Source: Candidatus Kuenenbacteria bacterium
Lineage (GTDB): Bacteria > Patescibacteriota > Patescibacteriia > UBA2196 > GWA2-42-15
Direction: 5' to 3'
Assembly: GCA_012797775.1 (NCBI GenBank)
Contig: JAAZOM010000006.1
Coordinates: 12,815 to 76,814 of the forward strand
Length of the DNA stretch: 64,000 bases
Shown here: in pieces, positions 18,478 through 27,808 of the stretch
Layout of the letters: each line of letters opens with the position of its first letter
How positions within the stretch are numbered: the stretch's first letter is position 1
Made by a program: the position numbers and the translations under genes
Notes under the pieces: model-generated
Told to the model about the DNA's origin: nothing
The model's input: the letters and a program-made list of their open reading frames with translations, nothing else
The model's database searches: none

Positions 18478-18506
18478 ATTATAGCATATTTATCTATTTT
18501 TGTCAA
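18478..18506 (-). promoter_or_regulatory. Consensus sigma70 promoter TTGACA-17-TGCTATAAT on the minus strand.
   Basis: The reverse complement reads TTGACAAAAATAGATAAATATGCTATAAT. It drives the 17931-18422 gene. The same extended -10 (ATATGCTATAAT) recurs at 33117-33145. Confidence 0.65.
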
Positions 18507-18622
18507 ATGGTTAAGTAATAAGCGAGGTAAGTAGTCATTAAGGTAAAAAACAAACGCTGATTTTATCGGTTTTCTATTATTTGCCTTATTTATCTCGCTT
18601 ATCGCTTATAGCGACCACTCTC

Positions 18623-18651
18623 TTGACAAGGGCCTGTCTTTGCTCTAAGAT
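18623..18651 (+). promoter_or_regulatory. Sigma70-like promoter TTGACA-17-TAAGAT.
   Basis: The -35 is at 18623-18628 and the -10 at 18646-18651, with a 17-nt spacer. It sits immediately upstream of the long structured non-coding region. Confidence 0.45.
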
Positions 18652-18657
18652 AATTTT

Positions 18658-19495
18658 ACAAACAAAATTGAAAATAATCTGGGTGGTGGTTCGTGGCACG
18701 GCTTTTGCTGCGTTGACATTCCACGTTGCGATTACCATCGCCCAGATTTGTTCTTTTAAAACGGGAGCTAGTTAGCTGGTTGATTACGACTGGCGGAGAC
18801 CCGCAGGGCGCATTATTGCCTTGTTGGCGGTCCCGTGGCTAGTACGGACATCGGCAGCTAGCTCCCTAAAATATAAAATGGGAGAGAGGGCTGGCGATAG
18901 CTGAAATTTGTCATTCGTTGGGCCGAGTCCTTTTGGCGACTTGGGCGAATGATCAGAGGACGGCCGTTGCCCTCCTCCCTTTATTTTACGACTGCGGACC
19001 AGTGTGCCAAAGAAATGGCTCACAGCTCGTGTGTTTCCCGAGCTTCGCGAGTGGCGTGTCTATTTTGCCGCCAGTTCCGCGGCCATCGGTACATTACCCC
19101 CAGCCTTCCAAGCGAGCGCACCACAGCATGGTGTTGGCAACCACTCTCCTCCCAAATACCTATGGCGAGGATGGAAGGACAGTTAGTCCCCATGGACTAG
19201 GTTCCGCAGTCGTTCATTTTTCGGCGGCATCTTGGCTTTCGACAAGACTGGTAACCCCCCTAACTCCAGCAGCTCACTGCCAGGGTGTCCGCCACTATTT
19301 TCGCTGCCTGATCAGCTCTTTGGGAATTGGTTCCCGAATGATCTTAGTCTCGGCTCTCAAAAGCGAGACGCAAAATAGGTCCAACCGTAAAGGTTGTGAG
19401 CTGGTAGCGAAATGCGGGTCACTCTTGCGCGCGTCAAAGCCGCAAATCGTGATCCCGCCGGGCCCTGATGACTTTGTCACCAGGGCCCCTTTTTT
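18658..19495 (+). ncRNA. Candidate large structured RNA (about 840 nt, about 58 percent GC) of unknown class.
   Basis: No credible ORF in any frame. Bounded by the promoter at 18623-18651 and the terminator at 19460-19495. Long-range stems include G-U wobbles: cugggUgGuggu (18679-18690) pairs with accaucgcccag (18735-18746), and gggagcuag..gcug (18764-18779) pairs with cagcuagcuccc (18855-18866). Confidence 0.45.
19460..19495 (+). terminator. Intrinsic terminator.
   Basis: gggccctg-atgactttgtcac-cagggccc hairpin followed by TTTTTT. Confidence 0.7.
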
Positions 19496-19496
19496 A

Positions 19497-19525
19497 TTGC
19501 CAAAAATATTTTTTTGATATATAAT
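19497..19525 (+). promoter_or_regulatory. Sigma70 promoter TTGCCA-17-TATAAT.
   Basis: The -35 is at 19497-19502 and the -10 TATAAT at 19520-19525, separated by exactly 17 nt. Confidence 0.55.
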
Positions 19526-19531
19526 ATTTTT

Positions 19532-19750
19532 ACCAAATAAAAAAACGGTCCGGCATTTCTCACTAGGTTATCCCCCTAGAGGCTGGTAGAGATTTTCACC
19601 ACTCCTTATTCTCTAGCAGTTTGAGATTTGCCGGGCCGCCAAATATCGGTCAGCAAATTGGCGCCTTTCTCTGGTGTCAGTAATGCTTGGCCAGCGGCAA
19701 ACGGAAAAATGGCCCCCTTCCCGGCCATAAAACCGTTTGCCGTTTTTTTA
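19532..19750 (+). ncRNA. Candidate structured small RNA of unknown class, about 220 nt.
   Basis: Runs from the promoter to the ggcaaacgg...ccgtttgcc hairpin plus T7 terminator at 19696-19750. Contains several internal hairpins (ctagag/ctctag, gccaa/ttggc, tggcc/ggcca). No ORF. Confidence 0.4.
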
Positions 19751-19756
19751 TTTCCC

Positions 19757-19886
19757 GTCATTGTGAGCGACCTAGCCTCTCAGGAGGGGAGCTTGGCAAT
19801 CTCGGGATTGCCCGCCTAGACTCGGCGAGGCTGGCTTCGTCGTGCTACTCCCTGCCTCGCCGGCAGGCGGGCTCGCAATGACAGAA
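19757..19886 (+). ncRNA. Candidate structured RNA domain of about 130 nt, closed by a 13-bp long-range stem.
   Basis: gucauugugagcg (19757-19769) pairs with cgcucgcaaugac (19874-19886). Nested stems ggcaauc/gauugcc and cggcgagg/ccucgccg lie inside. GC-rich with no ORF. Confidence 0.35.
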
Positions 19887-20330
19887 ATTTTTTGAAAAAA
19901 GTATTCATTTGACAATTTTTTGGGGTCTGTTAATATTAAATTATAAAGCTCCTTAAAAAAGTAAAAAAGCGGTCCGGCGGACCAGTCGCATTGTTCCATT
20001 GCAGTCGAAGATCGGGCATTCATGGCCTATATGTGTTCCACAATGGCGAAAAAAGAAGGGCAGCTTCATCGCCCATGCTTCTCATCCAAACCCTAATTCA
20101 CCATTCACCAAATTCCACTGCGAACCTTTTAACCGTTTCATCTCCATTCATGGTCCCGCCGGACCCGTTTTCTATAAAGGCAATCTTTGTTTATTTTAGT
20201 ACACCAAGTACTGAAAAAATGAAGGTTGCCGTTTTTTTATTTGCCAAAAAATTTAAAAGTGCTAAGGTAAAAGCACAAACCAAGGCAAAACTAAAATTTT
20301 GAAATACCCCAATTTGGGAGGGAGAGAAAG

Positions 20331-21272
20331 ATGGAACACGTAAAGATATTGGCCGTCAATCGCCGGTGGGATCTGCCAGTATTGATCACCAGACAACTGG
20401 GCTTGCCCCTTGTCTGGGTAGAGAAAAAAATTTTTGCCGACGGTGAGTGCTGGGTCAGACTCCCGGAAAGCGTACGCGGCAAAAGGGTATTTATCATTGC
20501 AGAAAATACACCGGCTGAGAAACTCATGGTTTTGTTGGTGATGATTGATGCTTGTCGCCGGGCTTCAGCCGCTGAAATCAATGTGGTTGTTCCCTATTTT
20601 GGCTGGGCGCGCCAAGATCGCATGAAGGGTCGTGATCCGGTCACTGTAAAATTGGTCTGCAATCTCATTGTCCAGGCCGGTGCTGATCGCCTGCTTTCGA
20701 TGCACCTACACTTCCCCCAGCTTACCAGCTTCGTGGACATTCCTTGGGATCATCTGTATTCGGCCTATGCTATCATCGACTGGGCGAGAAAGCAAGGTAA
20801 AAAATTTACTGTAGCTGGTCCTGATTATGGCGCTTCGCCCTTGGCAGACTTCGTCGCCAGAAAACTGGATATGCCCTTGGCAATTTTGAGAAAAAAACGG
20901 CCGGCGCACAATCAGGCAAAAACTAGTGGTATTATGGGCAGTGTTAAAAACTCGGACGTTTTGATGGTCGATGATATTTCAGACACTGTTCGGACCATGA
21001 TTGGTGGCTGTGAATATTTGGGAGAGCTGGGAGCCAGAAATATTTATCTCACCGCCACCCATGGTTTGTTATCAGCTGGCGGGGCCAAAAGGATAGAAGA
21101 GTGCTCTCGTGTTAAAAAAGTATTGATTACCAATACGACGCCCATGACGGCCAGAAAAAAATCACCAAAAATTGAGCGTATATCAGTACATGACATTTTT
21201 GCCAAGGCCATCAATGCTATCATCAGGGAGGAATCGGTCAAAGATCTTTTTGAAAAAGAACTTTTCGCCTAA
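20331..21272 (+). CDS. prs: Ribose-phosphate pyrophosphokinase (PRPP synthetase). Copy 1, GC-rich.
   Basis: FADGECWVRLPESVRGKRVFIIAENTPAEKLMVLLVMIDACRRASAAEINVVVPYFGWARQDR matches the Prs N-terminal and PRPP-binding blocks. A strong ribosome-binding site GGGAGGGAG precedes the ATG. Confidence 0.8.
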   Translation: MEHVKILAVNRRWDLPVLITRQLGLPLVWVEKKIFADGECWVRLPESVRGKRVFIIAENTPAEKLMVLLVMIDACRRASAAEINVVVPYFGWARQDRMKGRDPVTVKLVCNLIVQAGADRLLSMHLHFPQLTSFVDIPWDHLYSAYAIIDWARKQGKKFTVAGPDYGASPLADFVARKLDMPLAILRKKRPAHNQAKTSGIMGSVKNSDVLMVDDISDTVRTMIGGCEYLGELGARNIYLTATHGLLSAGGAKRIEECSRVKKVLITNTTPMTARKKSPKIERISVHDIFAKAINAIIREESVKDLFEKELFA

Positions 21273-21317
21273 ACAAAACCCCTGCCGGATTTCCGACAGG
21301 GGTTTCTTTTTTTATTT

Positions 21318-21381
21318 CTACTTTTCTACCACCCTACTTTCCTACCGACCTACATCCCTACTGTCCTACCTCCCTATCTTC
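21318..21381. repeat. Array of eight CTAC(N4) units with an exact 8-bp phase.
   Basis: CTAC (CTAT in the last unit) starts at 21318, 21326, 21334, 21342, 21350, 21358, 21366 and 21374. The array sits in the convergent gap between prs and the AMP phosphorylase gene and overlaps the latter's stop. Confidence 0.7.
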
Positions 21382-22865
21382 ACCACCTGATTTTTTCTAG
21401 CCGCGACCAGCCCTAGCTTCAGCCGGCCTTCATTTTCCGCATACAGAGTGAAAAGTTTTTGCCCTTTTGCTACCTTGTCATTAATTCTCACATGCATATG
21501 GATGCCCGCCAGTTTTTCTCTTGGCGCACCCAAATTTACGCAGATTTCTTCTATCGCCTTATTATTTACCGCCACTACCTTACCATCGCGCTTGGCATGC
21601 ATCTCATAATTTAGAGCCCCGAGCGCTACTGCATCAGCTTTGATTTTTTGATTGCCTCCCTGTGCTTTGATGATCTCCTGCATTTTTTTCCAAGCCGCCA
21701 GACTTTTTAGTTGTTGCTCGGCAATTTTTCTACCTTGGCCTTTTTTGCAAAATCCTTTCAACTCCAAAAGTTTGCCTGACAGATAAACACCTTTTTTCTC
21801 GAGATCGATCGGCCGGAGTTTGTGCTGTTGCAAGACCCGGAGCACATCTCTCGCTTCGAGTGCCGGACCCACACCCGCCCCCACCGGCTCTTTGGCCTCG
21901 AGCATTTCTACTTCTACTTTTATTTTAAATCTCTTCCCCACCGCCACAAATTTCTTGGCTATTTCTTTGGCGGTTTTCAGGCTGTGCACCTTGGCTGTTG
22001 GCCCATAGGGCAGGTCAATTACGAGGTAATCTACTCCCATCGCCACTTTTTTGGCGAGAATAGAAATAATCATTTTATCATATGGCTCCAAGGACAATGG
22101 CTTGGACACTTTGATAATAATGTCATCAGCTGGTGCCATACTGACCGCTCCGCCCCAGACCATACAGGCTTTGGTTTTCTCAATGACTTTTTTTATTTTT
22201 TCTACGCTCAGATCGACCGGCGCCAAGACTTCCATCGTATCCGCTGTGCCCGATGGCGAGGTGATCGCCCGTGAAGAAGTTTTTGGGATATAGAGCCCAA
22301 GCGAGGCGATAATCGGGATGACTATCATTGTGGTCCGATTGCCCGGTATGCCCCCAATAGAGTGTTTGTCCACCACCCTCTCTTTTAAATTCAATTTTTC
22401 TCCGCATTCAGCCATGGCCTTGGTCACATAGTAAAGCTCATCCAGGCTATATGGTTTTACAAAACTGGAAGCTACATAGTAGGTAGTTTCGATTTGTCCT
22501 AGTTTGCCCGTAGAAATATCCGAGATGATGGAATATATTTCTTCATAATTTAGTCTCTTGCCCAACATTTTTTTATTGATCGCCTTGATTGACTCTGGCC
22601 GGGAGTAGAGCATTATTTCCACGATATCTTCACTGTCAATTTGGTTTTTCTTCCAAATCTCCTCAAATAATCCCACTTCCCCATAATCAACCTTGCTGTC
22701 AGAAACATCCACGGTGGCAATCATGGTTTTGTTTTTGCTCCATTTTAGGTTTACCCGGTCGCCCGGCCGGATACCCTGATTTTCCGCTTCTTTTTCTTGG
22801 AGCACTACCGTTGGCTCACCACCGGATGAAAAGTCTATTTTTTTGCATTTGTAGAATAGGCGCAT
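21366..22865 (-). CDS. AMP phosphorylase (thymidine phosphorylase family with the AMPpase-type N-terminal extension).
   Basis: DKHSIGGIPGNRTTMIVIPI...TSSRAITSPSGTADTMEVLA are core thymidine-phosphorylase-family blocks. The N-terminus MRLFYKCKKIDFSSGGEPTVVLQEKEAE matches archaeal-type AMP phosphorylase. Start set at the internal Met at 22865. Confidence 0.75.
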   Translation of the reverse strand: MRLFYKCKKIDFSSGGEPTVVLQEKEAENQGIRPGDRVNLKWSKNKTMIATVDVSDSKVDYGEVGLFEEIWKKNQIDSEDIVEIMLYSRPESIKAINKKMLGKRLNYEEIYSIISDISTGKLGQIETTYYVASSFVKPYSLDELYYVTKAMAECGEKLNLKERVVDKHSIGGIPGNRTTMIVIPIIASLGLYIPKTSSRAITSPSGTADTMEVLAPVDLSVEKIKKVIEKTKACMVWGGAVSMAPADDIIIKVSKPLSLEPYDKMIISILAKKVAMGVDYLVIDLPYGPTAKVHSLKTAKEIAKKFVAVGKRFKIKVEVEMLEAKEPVGAGVGPALEARDVLRVLQQHKLRPIDLEKKGVYLSGKLLELKGFCKKGQGRKIAEQQLKSLAAWKKMQEIIKAQGGNQKIKADAVALGALNYEMHAKRDGKVVAVNNKAIEEICVNLGAPREKLAGIHMHVRINDKVAKGQKLFTLYAENEGRLKLGLVAARKNQVVKIGR

Positions 22866-23009
22866 AAAATTAGTATCAAGATATAAAGTATTTATTGTGT
22901 GTAATTTTATTTCTGTCTTTATTTTACCGCACCCCGTCTGAAAAATCAAAAAAGCTAAAAGGTTATATCTATAAGATTTTTTAATTGTAGCATGGCCCCT
23001 TGACGCGCC

Positions 23010-23038
23010 GGATAAAATATTTTATTCTTATTTCAAAG
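23010..23038 (+). promoter_or_regulatory. Possible sigma70 promoter TTGACG-17-TATTCT.
   Basis: 17-nt spacing. Lies about 100 nt upstream of the 23139 gene, which has the ribosome-binding site AAGGAGAAGG. Confidence 0.3.
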
Positions 23039-23138
23039 TTTTTTAAAAAGAAGAGACTAAACATAAAAAGGAGCAGGAAAATTTGTTGTTTTCAATTCAC
23101 GAGAAATTAAACCAGCCAAATGACAAGGAGAAGGTCTC

Positions 23139-23711
23139 ATGCAGACAACTTTAAATCTCCCGCTAATTCCCAGTGAAGTTTTTTTCACCAGGGGTTGGGG
23201 CAATGGCAGAAGCAAAGACATTTCACGGCGGCTGGCTCTTCGCGCTGCAGGCATCGGGGATTATAACATCGTGAATGTAGATGATGCTATTTTGCCCCCT
23301 AAATGTAAAGTTATCAGCCGATTTGCTGGCTTGTCAAAGTTAAGGCGCGGCGAATTTATTTTTTGTGTCTTATCTTGTTCTTCTGACAGCGAGCCCAACC
23401 GCCTAGTCTCGAGCGCTGTTGGTTGGGCCTGGACACCAGACACCGAGCAAGACGGCTTTGTCTCCAGGTGTGCTTTGAATGGCCAAACCGGCATAAAAAC
23501 CGGCGACGAGGCAGAAGACCTTGCCGCCACTATGCTGGCCAGTAATTTGGGGATAGAATTTGACCCCGAAAAAGCCTGGAGAGAAAGGGAGGAAACTTAT
23601 CAAGCGGCTGGTCAGGATATTCGCACCTCGCGCCTTTTCCAATCTCGGAGGTGCGGGCCAGATAAAAATATTTGGACTACCGTAGTGACAGCTGCGGTTT
23701 TCCTCATGTAA
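23139..23711 (+). CDS. Pyruvoyl-dependent arginine decarboxylase (PdaD) family protein.
   Basis: FFTRGWGNG...LALRAAGIGDYNIVNVDDAILPP parallels the archaeal PdaD N-terminal region (F.T.G.G...AL..AGIGN.N...SIMPP). The gene is GC-rich. Confidence 0.5.
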   Translation: MQTTLNLPLIPSEVFFTRGWGNGRSKDISRRLALRAAGIGDYNIVNVDDAILPPKCKVISRFAGLSKLRRGEFIFCVLSCSSDSEPNRLVSSAVGWAWTPDTEQDGFVSRCALNGQTGIKTGDEAEDLAATMLASNLGIEFDPEKAWREREETYQAAGQDIRTSRLFQSRRCGPDKNIWTTVVTAAVFLM

Positions 23712-23730
23712 TAAGTAATTATCCCAAACG

Positions 23731-23760
23731 AAAAACTCCACCCCTAGGGGCGGAGTTTTA
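23731..23760. terminator. Bidirectional terminator between convergent genes.
   Basis: aaaaactccacccc-ta-ggggcggagtttta. Confidence 0.6.
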
Positions 23761-23761
23761 T

Positions 23762-24691
23762 TTATATATTTTTTACAAACAGCTCGGCCACCGTCAGCAC
23801 TTCAAATTTTTTATCCTTCTTAAAATCCTTGGTCGAGACAATGGAATTTGTGGTAAATATTTTTTTAATATTTTTCTCGCGCCGCAGATTGGCTACCACT
23901 GGTCCAGTGGCTACCAAGTGTGTCAAAACTACATAAATATCTTTTGCTCCTTTGGCCTTCAGGGTTTTGGCCGCCTGGATCAGCGTCCCTCCGGTCTGGC
24001 TCAAGTCATCCACCATCACCACTGTTTTATTTTTCACCTCTCCTCGAAATTTGGTCACCTTCGCCTCATCCACTCGCGGCCGGATTTTTTCTATGGCGGC
24101 CAGATTTTTTATCCCTAATTCATCCGCAAAATTTTTACTGCGCTCGTCAGCGCCCAGATCCGGCGCTAAAACCACCACATCTTTCAGTTTTAATTTTTTG
24201 ATCTTTTCTATAAAAAGTCCCCGCGCTTTTAATTCGGTTATTTTCACTCGGAAATATTTGGCCACTTGGCGGCTGTGCAGATCTAGGGCCACGATTTCAT
24301 CTACTCCTGCATCTTCAATAATTTTTGCCATGAGCTTTGCACTCATCGCATCCCCAGAATATTTTATCCTGTCCTGCTTGCCATAACCAAAGTAGGGGAT
24401 AAGAGCCACTATTTTTTTCGCCCCGTTTTCCTTTAGCGTGTTGATGAGAATTATCAATTCCAACATATTTTCCGCTGGTGAAAAAGTCGAGCCCAAGACA
24501 TAAACTTTTTTGCCGCGGACATTTTCGTTTATATGTACCAAAATTTCCCCGTCTTTATAGTGGGATATCAGGCACCTGCCTTTTTTGATTTTTTTTGTCC
24601 GCCGGTTGGCGGATTGTAATATCTCTCCAACCAATTCTTCATTGCTATGGGTGGAGAAAAGAAAGTTAGACATTCTATTTGAGTTTAGCAC
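23762..24691 (-). CDS. prs: Ribose-phosphate pyrophosphokinase (PRPP synthetase). Copy 2, AT-rich.
   Basis: KDGEILVHINENVRGKKVYVLGSTFSPAENMLELIILINTLKENGAKKIVALIPYFGYGKQDR and VVLAPDLGA blocks. Confidence 0.8.
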   Translation of the reverse strand: MLNSNRMSNFLFSTHSNEELVGEILQSANRRTKKIKKGRCLISHYKDGEILVHINENVRGKKVYVLGSTFSPAENMLELIILINTLKENGAKKIVALIPYFGYGKQDRIKYSGDAMSAKLMAKIIEDAGVDEIVALDLHSRQVAKYFRVKITELKARGLFIEKIKKLKLKDVVVLAPDLGADERSKNFADELGIKNLAAIEKIRPRVDEAKVTKFRGEVKNKTVVMVDDLSQTGGTLIQAAKTLKAKGAKDIYVVLTHLVATGPVVANLRREKNIKKIFTTNSIVSTKDFKKDKKFEVLTVAELFVKNI

Positions 24692-26432
24692 TCCCTGGGA
24701 TCAGCGGATCATAGCCATGCTCTACTTCATCGCCATCTTTATAGCCATCACCATCAGTATCAGCTTTTGATGGATCAGTCTCCCAAATAAATATTTCTTC
24801 TTCATCAGTGATACCATCATTGTCTGTATCTAGATCGGTGCCCATTTCCAAGCCCATTCCATAGTCTTCCCCATTGTTCATCGAGCTTATGCCGTTGGGC
24901 GTGGCCACATTTTCTCCGGCCTTCAGATTGCCGCTGTCACCCAGCAACTGGAAGACCAAAGTATAATCATTTGGTTTTATGCTGGTATACAAATAGCCAC
25001 CATCTATTATTTTGTCTCCGCCCGGTACTTCACTCATATAGACTGTTGAGCCGGCACACTCTTCTATACTAGCCCTAAATCCCTTGGAACACAAAACTTT
25101 CATATTGCCGACACCCGTAGCCGCCGGTATCTCGTTTTTTGGATAGCCATTATTATCGACGAAATAAAGCTCTAGCGCCGTTTGTATCTGCTTTATTTCG
25201 CTCACCGTTTTGGCGTCACTATTTTTTGTCTGCGCTTTGTCCAACGCCCCAAACATACCTCCGCCAAAAGCCTCACTTAATAATTTTTCTAATTCCACTG
25301 GGTCTTTTGGTGACTCTATCTCCATTATCTGGTTAAAATTATCAAATGTTATGGTCATCGCCCCTCCCAAAGTCTGGTTGCCGTCTTTGTCTTTGCCGAT
25401 ATTATCAAAAGGGATTTCTATTTTTCTTATAAAATATTCTTTTTTATCTATCCAGATATCTAGGCTGAAATTTTTAACAAAGCGGTCAAAATTCTGCCAG
25501 TCTTCTTCTTTCATCTCGGCCATGTTTTTTTCTATCTCGGCTTTATTTTTAGAAACAGTTTTTATCTTTTCTATCATATCCAAAATACCCTGTTTATCCA
25601 GACCCAACTGATAGTGGTATGTTTTATTTTCTCCCAATGTTTCCACGCCGTAGTCATTTTTTAATATTATTATCTTGTCCGCATCTTGCTCTAGGATTTC
25701 CCCAATTTTCTTTGTATCCTCATCCTCTTGGCCGGCAAATTTATCCAAGACCGTCGTATTAATACTATATTTCACCCATTTATCTTTTATACTGCTAGTG
25801 TCAATAAACATAGCCAGCATAATTGGCAGTTGGTTTATTTTGAAATAAAGATTTTTCCCCAGAGTTACTACCTCGCCGGCTATATTATTAGTTGTACCGC
25901 CAATATCCAAACCAATATCTATTTTAAATTTTGAACGCAGATTATTTTCGTCGGTATTATCAGTGTATCCTTCTATTTCTGCGTACATCTTTTGTTTTTC
26001 CGTTCCAAGCAGCCCCCCAATTAAATTTAGCGTTGGGGTCGAAGTGGCTTGCTCCGCAGCTTGTTTTTCCTGAAATTCCAATTTCAAATCAAGCTTAAAA
26101 CTGGAAGCCTTTATTTGATTGGTGGCTTGGACGGATTTTTTTAGTACCTTGTCGGGTGTATTGGCGATATATTTGCTATAGCCCCAATATCCACCAAGTG
26201 CTACTCCAGCAAAAATTAAAACTCCAGCTACAATAGCCAGTATTTTTTTTATACCACCACTTGTTTGTGGCATCTCTGGATTCAAAAATTGAGAAGCATC
26301 CACGCTGGGTGGGTTATTCGGTACTGCGACGTTAGGGGTTGTCTCGTAAAGTGGGGTATGACAACTTTGGCAAACGTGGCTTTCCGGGCTATTTTCCAGC
26401 CCGCATTTTTGACAGCGCATATTGTTTTGCAT
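24675..26432 (-). CDS. Hypothetical membrane-anchored protein with an N-terminal zinc ribbon and a C-terminal Asp-rich calcium-binding-like repeat.
   Basis: CQKCGLEN...CQSCHT zinc ribbon, then a TM helix and a large extracytoplasmic region. C-terminal DTDNDGITDEEE...DTDGDGYKDGDE repeats resemble TSP3 or calcium-binding motifs. Confidence 0.5.
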   Translation of the reverse strand: MQNNMRCQKCGLENSPESHVCQSCHTPLYETTPNVAVPNNPPSVDASQFLNPEMPQTSGGIKKILAIVAGVLIFAGVALGGYWGYSKYIANTPDKVLKKSVQATNQIKASSFKLDLKLEFQEKQAAEQATSTPTLNLIGGLLGTEKQKMYAEIEGYTDNTDENNLRSKFKIDIGLDIGGTTNNIAGEVVTLGKNLYFKINQLPIMLAMFIDTSSIKDKWVKYSINTTVLDKFAGQEDEDTKKIGEILEQDADKIIILKNDYGVETLGENKTYHYQLGLDKQGILDMIEKIKTVSKNKAEIEKNMAEMKEEDWQNFDRFVKNFSLDIWIDKKEYFIRKIEIPFDNIGKDKDGNQTLGGAMTITFDNFNQIMEIESPKDPVELEKLLSEAFGGGMFGALDKAQTKNSDAKTVSEIKQIQTALELYFVDNNGYPKNEIPAATGVGNMKVLCSKGFRASIEECAGSTVYMSEVPGGDKIIDGGYLYTSIKPNDYTLVFQLLGDSGNLKAGENVATPNGISSMNNGEDYGMGLEMGTDLDTDNDGITDEEEIFIWETDPSKADTDGDGYKDGDEVEHGYDPLIPGSAKLK

Positions 26433-26440
26433 AATTTATT

Positions 26441-27709
26441 TTACTTTTTTAATTTCCAATATTCCAAGGCCCGCTTTAATTCCAGACGAGTTTCAGCATA
26501 AATTTTGGCTGGGATTTTTTTGACCACTGCTTCTACTGATTGTCGACAAGCTCTAGCTCCGGCGATTGAGCCATCCGGGTGGCCATGTAGTCCGCCCCCG
26601 AAATTAATCACCAGATCAGCCCCGAGTATTTTGACCAATTTTTCCACCAGTCCCGGATGCAATCCGCCCGAAGCAATCGGCAAAACCGGCTTGATCTTTT
26701 CCCAATTGGTTATTTCCTTATTCACTCCAAACCAATCTTCCTCCATTTCCAGATTTATTTCCGTCACTTCCTCGGCCGTGCCTTCCATTTTCCCGACCAC
26801 TGTACCCGTGTGCAGCTGATCAATGCCTGTCAATCTGGCCAGTTTGGCCAAAAGCAGCATGGTCATGCCGTGGCGTGAATTTTTGGTAAACATCGAATGC
26901 CCAGCTCGGTGGCCATGCAAAATCAAGCCCAGATTTTGTTCTCTCAAAAATTGGATATTATCCAACCCAGCCACCACGAGATCAATCATTGCTACCTTGC
27001 CACCGTATTTTTTGACTAGTTTAGCCCGTTTGAGCATCACATCAGCTGGTCCAGTCACATTAAAAACATAAACTTTTTTCTCGCCTGTCTCTTGCTCCAC
27101 TTGTTTTTTGAGTTTCATTACTTCTTTCACCCGTTCTTCAAATTTATTAAAAACCATATCTGTCAAATTCTCATCATCCTTGACTAGATCCACACCGTTT
27201 TTCCAGATTTGATAAGCGAGTCTAGCCTGCTCTTTGGCCGAGAGTCCCACCTTGGGTTTGATGATTGAGCCGATAATCGGCCGCTTGTAAATTTTCAGAT
27301 ATCTTCTCACTCCCTCGATACCAAAGGCCGGTCCCCTGAATGAATCCAGATATTTTTTGGGGAACTGAATATCCAAGAGGCGCAGATTGGCTATCACTTT
27401 CATACTAAAAACATTGCCAGCCAAAGCAGAGAGCAATTGCGTGATATTGCCGAGCTCAAACAATGCCAGTGGGTAGGCAATGTGCACTGTTTTTTTCTTG
27501 TTATCCAGTTTGAAAATCTTTGGCCCCAGCTTTTTTAGGGTTGCCTCTTTGAGCGTGCCGAGTTTTGTCCAGGTGCCGATGGATGATTCAGCGGCGATAT
27601 GCGCGGCCGCCTCGGCCAAGGGTAGTTTGCTTTCTAGATAATAGCTTACCACCAATTCTTCTTTGTAATTTGGCCGGTAGCCCAGCCGGAGATAAGGAGA
27701 TTTACTCAT
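26441..27709 (-). CDS. rbcL: RuBisCO large subunit, form II/III-like.
   Basis: GxxVKPKVGLSAKE catalytic-lysine block, KDDENL block and HxHRAGH block (LHGHRAGH). Start set at MSKSPYLRLGY (27709). The upstream part of the track ORF merely translates the GTAGG array. Confidence 0.85.
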   Translation of the reverse strand: MSKSPYLRLGYRPNYKEELVVSYYLESKLPLAEAAAHIAAESSIGTWTKLGTLKEATLKKLGPKIFKLDNKKKTVHIAYPLALFELGNITQLLSALAGNVFSMKVIANLRLLDIQFPKKYLDSFRGPAFGIEGVRRYLKIYKRPIIGSIIKPKVGLSAKEQARLAYQIWKNGVDLVKDDENLTDMVFNKFEERVKEVMKLKKQVEQETGEKKVYVFNVTGPADVMLKRAKLVKKYGGKVAMIDLVVAGLDNIQFLREQNLGLILHGHRAGHSMFTKNSRHGMTMLLLAKLARLTGIDQLHTGTVVGKMEGTAEEVTEINLEMEEDWFGVNKEITNWEKIKPVLPIASGGLHPGLVEKLVKILGADLVINFGGGLHGHPDGSIAGARACRQSVEAVVKKIPAKIYAETRLELKRALEYWKLKK

Positions 27710-27715
27710 AGGGTT

Positions 27716-27808
27716 GTAGGTTAGTAGGTATGTAGGGAGGTAGGTTAGTAGGATGTAGGTCAATAGTTAGCTTTTTCCTACGACGCTACTTTCCTACCAA
27801 CCTACTAC
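27716..27808. repeat. Inverted pair of 8-bp-phased arrays: GTAGG six times, then CCTAC four times.
   Basis: GTAGG starts at 27716, 27724, 27732, 27740, 27748 and 27755. CTAC starts at 27778, 27786, 27794 and 27802. The pair lies between rbcL and the four-helix-bundle gene. Confidence 0.65.

Noticed and set aside
18918-19517. 199-aa + strand ORF, plus nested 60-83-aa ORFs, inside the GC-rich region.
   Set aside because: No start context and a random-looking translation. The region shows RNA-type long-range pairing with G-U wobbles and is better explained as non-coding structured RNA.
19991-20302. 103-aa and 66-aa + strand ORFs between the structured RNA region and prs.
   Set aside because: No ribosome-binding sites. 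They overlap hairpin-rich sequence including the GGTCC(C)GCCGGACC palindromes at 19968-19980 and 20150-20163. They are more likely leader or terminator RNA than coding sequence.
21300-21390. Possible CRISPR array suggested by the regularly spaced CTAC repeats; similar arrays at 27716-27808, 28194-28229 and 30061-30515.
   Set aside because: The repeat units are 4-5 nt with a 7-8 bp period. This is far below the CRISPR scale of 25-40 bp repeats with 25-40 bp spacers, and no cas genes are present.
27710-27763. N-terminal extension of the RuBisCO ORF (MTYILLTYLPTYLLTYNP).
   Set aside because: It is simply the translation of the 8-bp GTAGG repeat array. The true start is taken as the Met of MSKSPYLRLGY.
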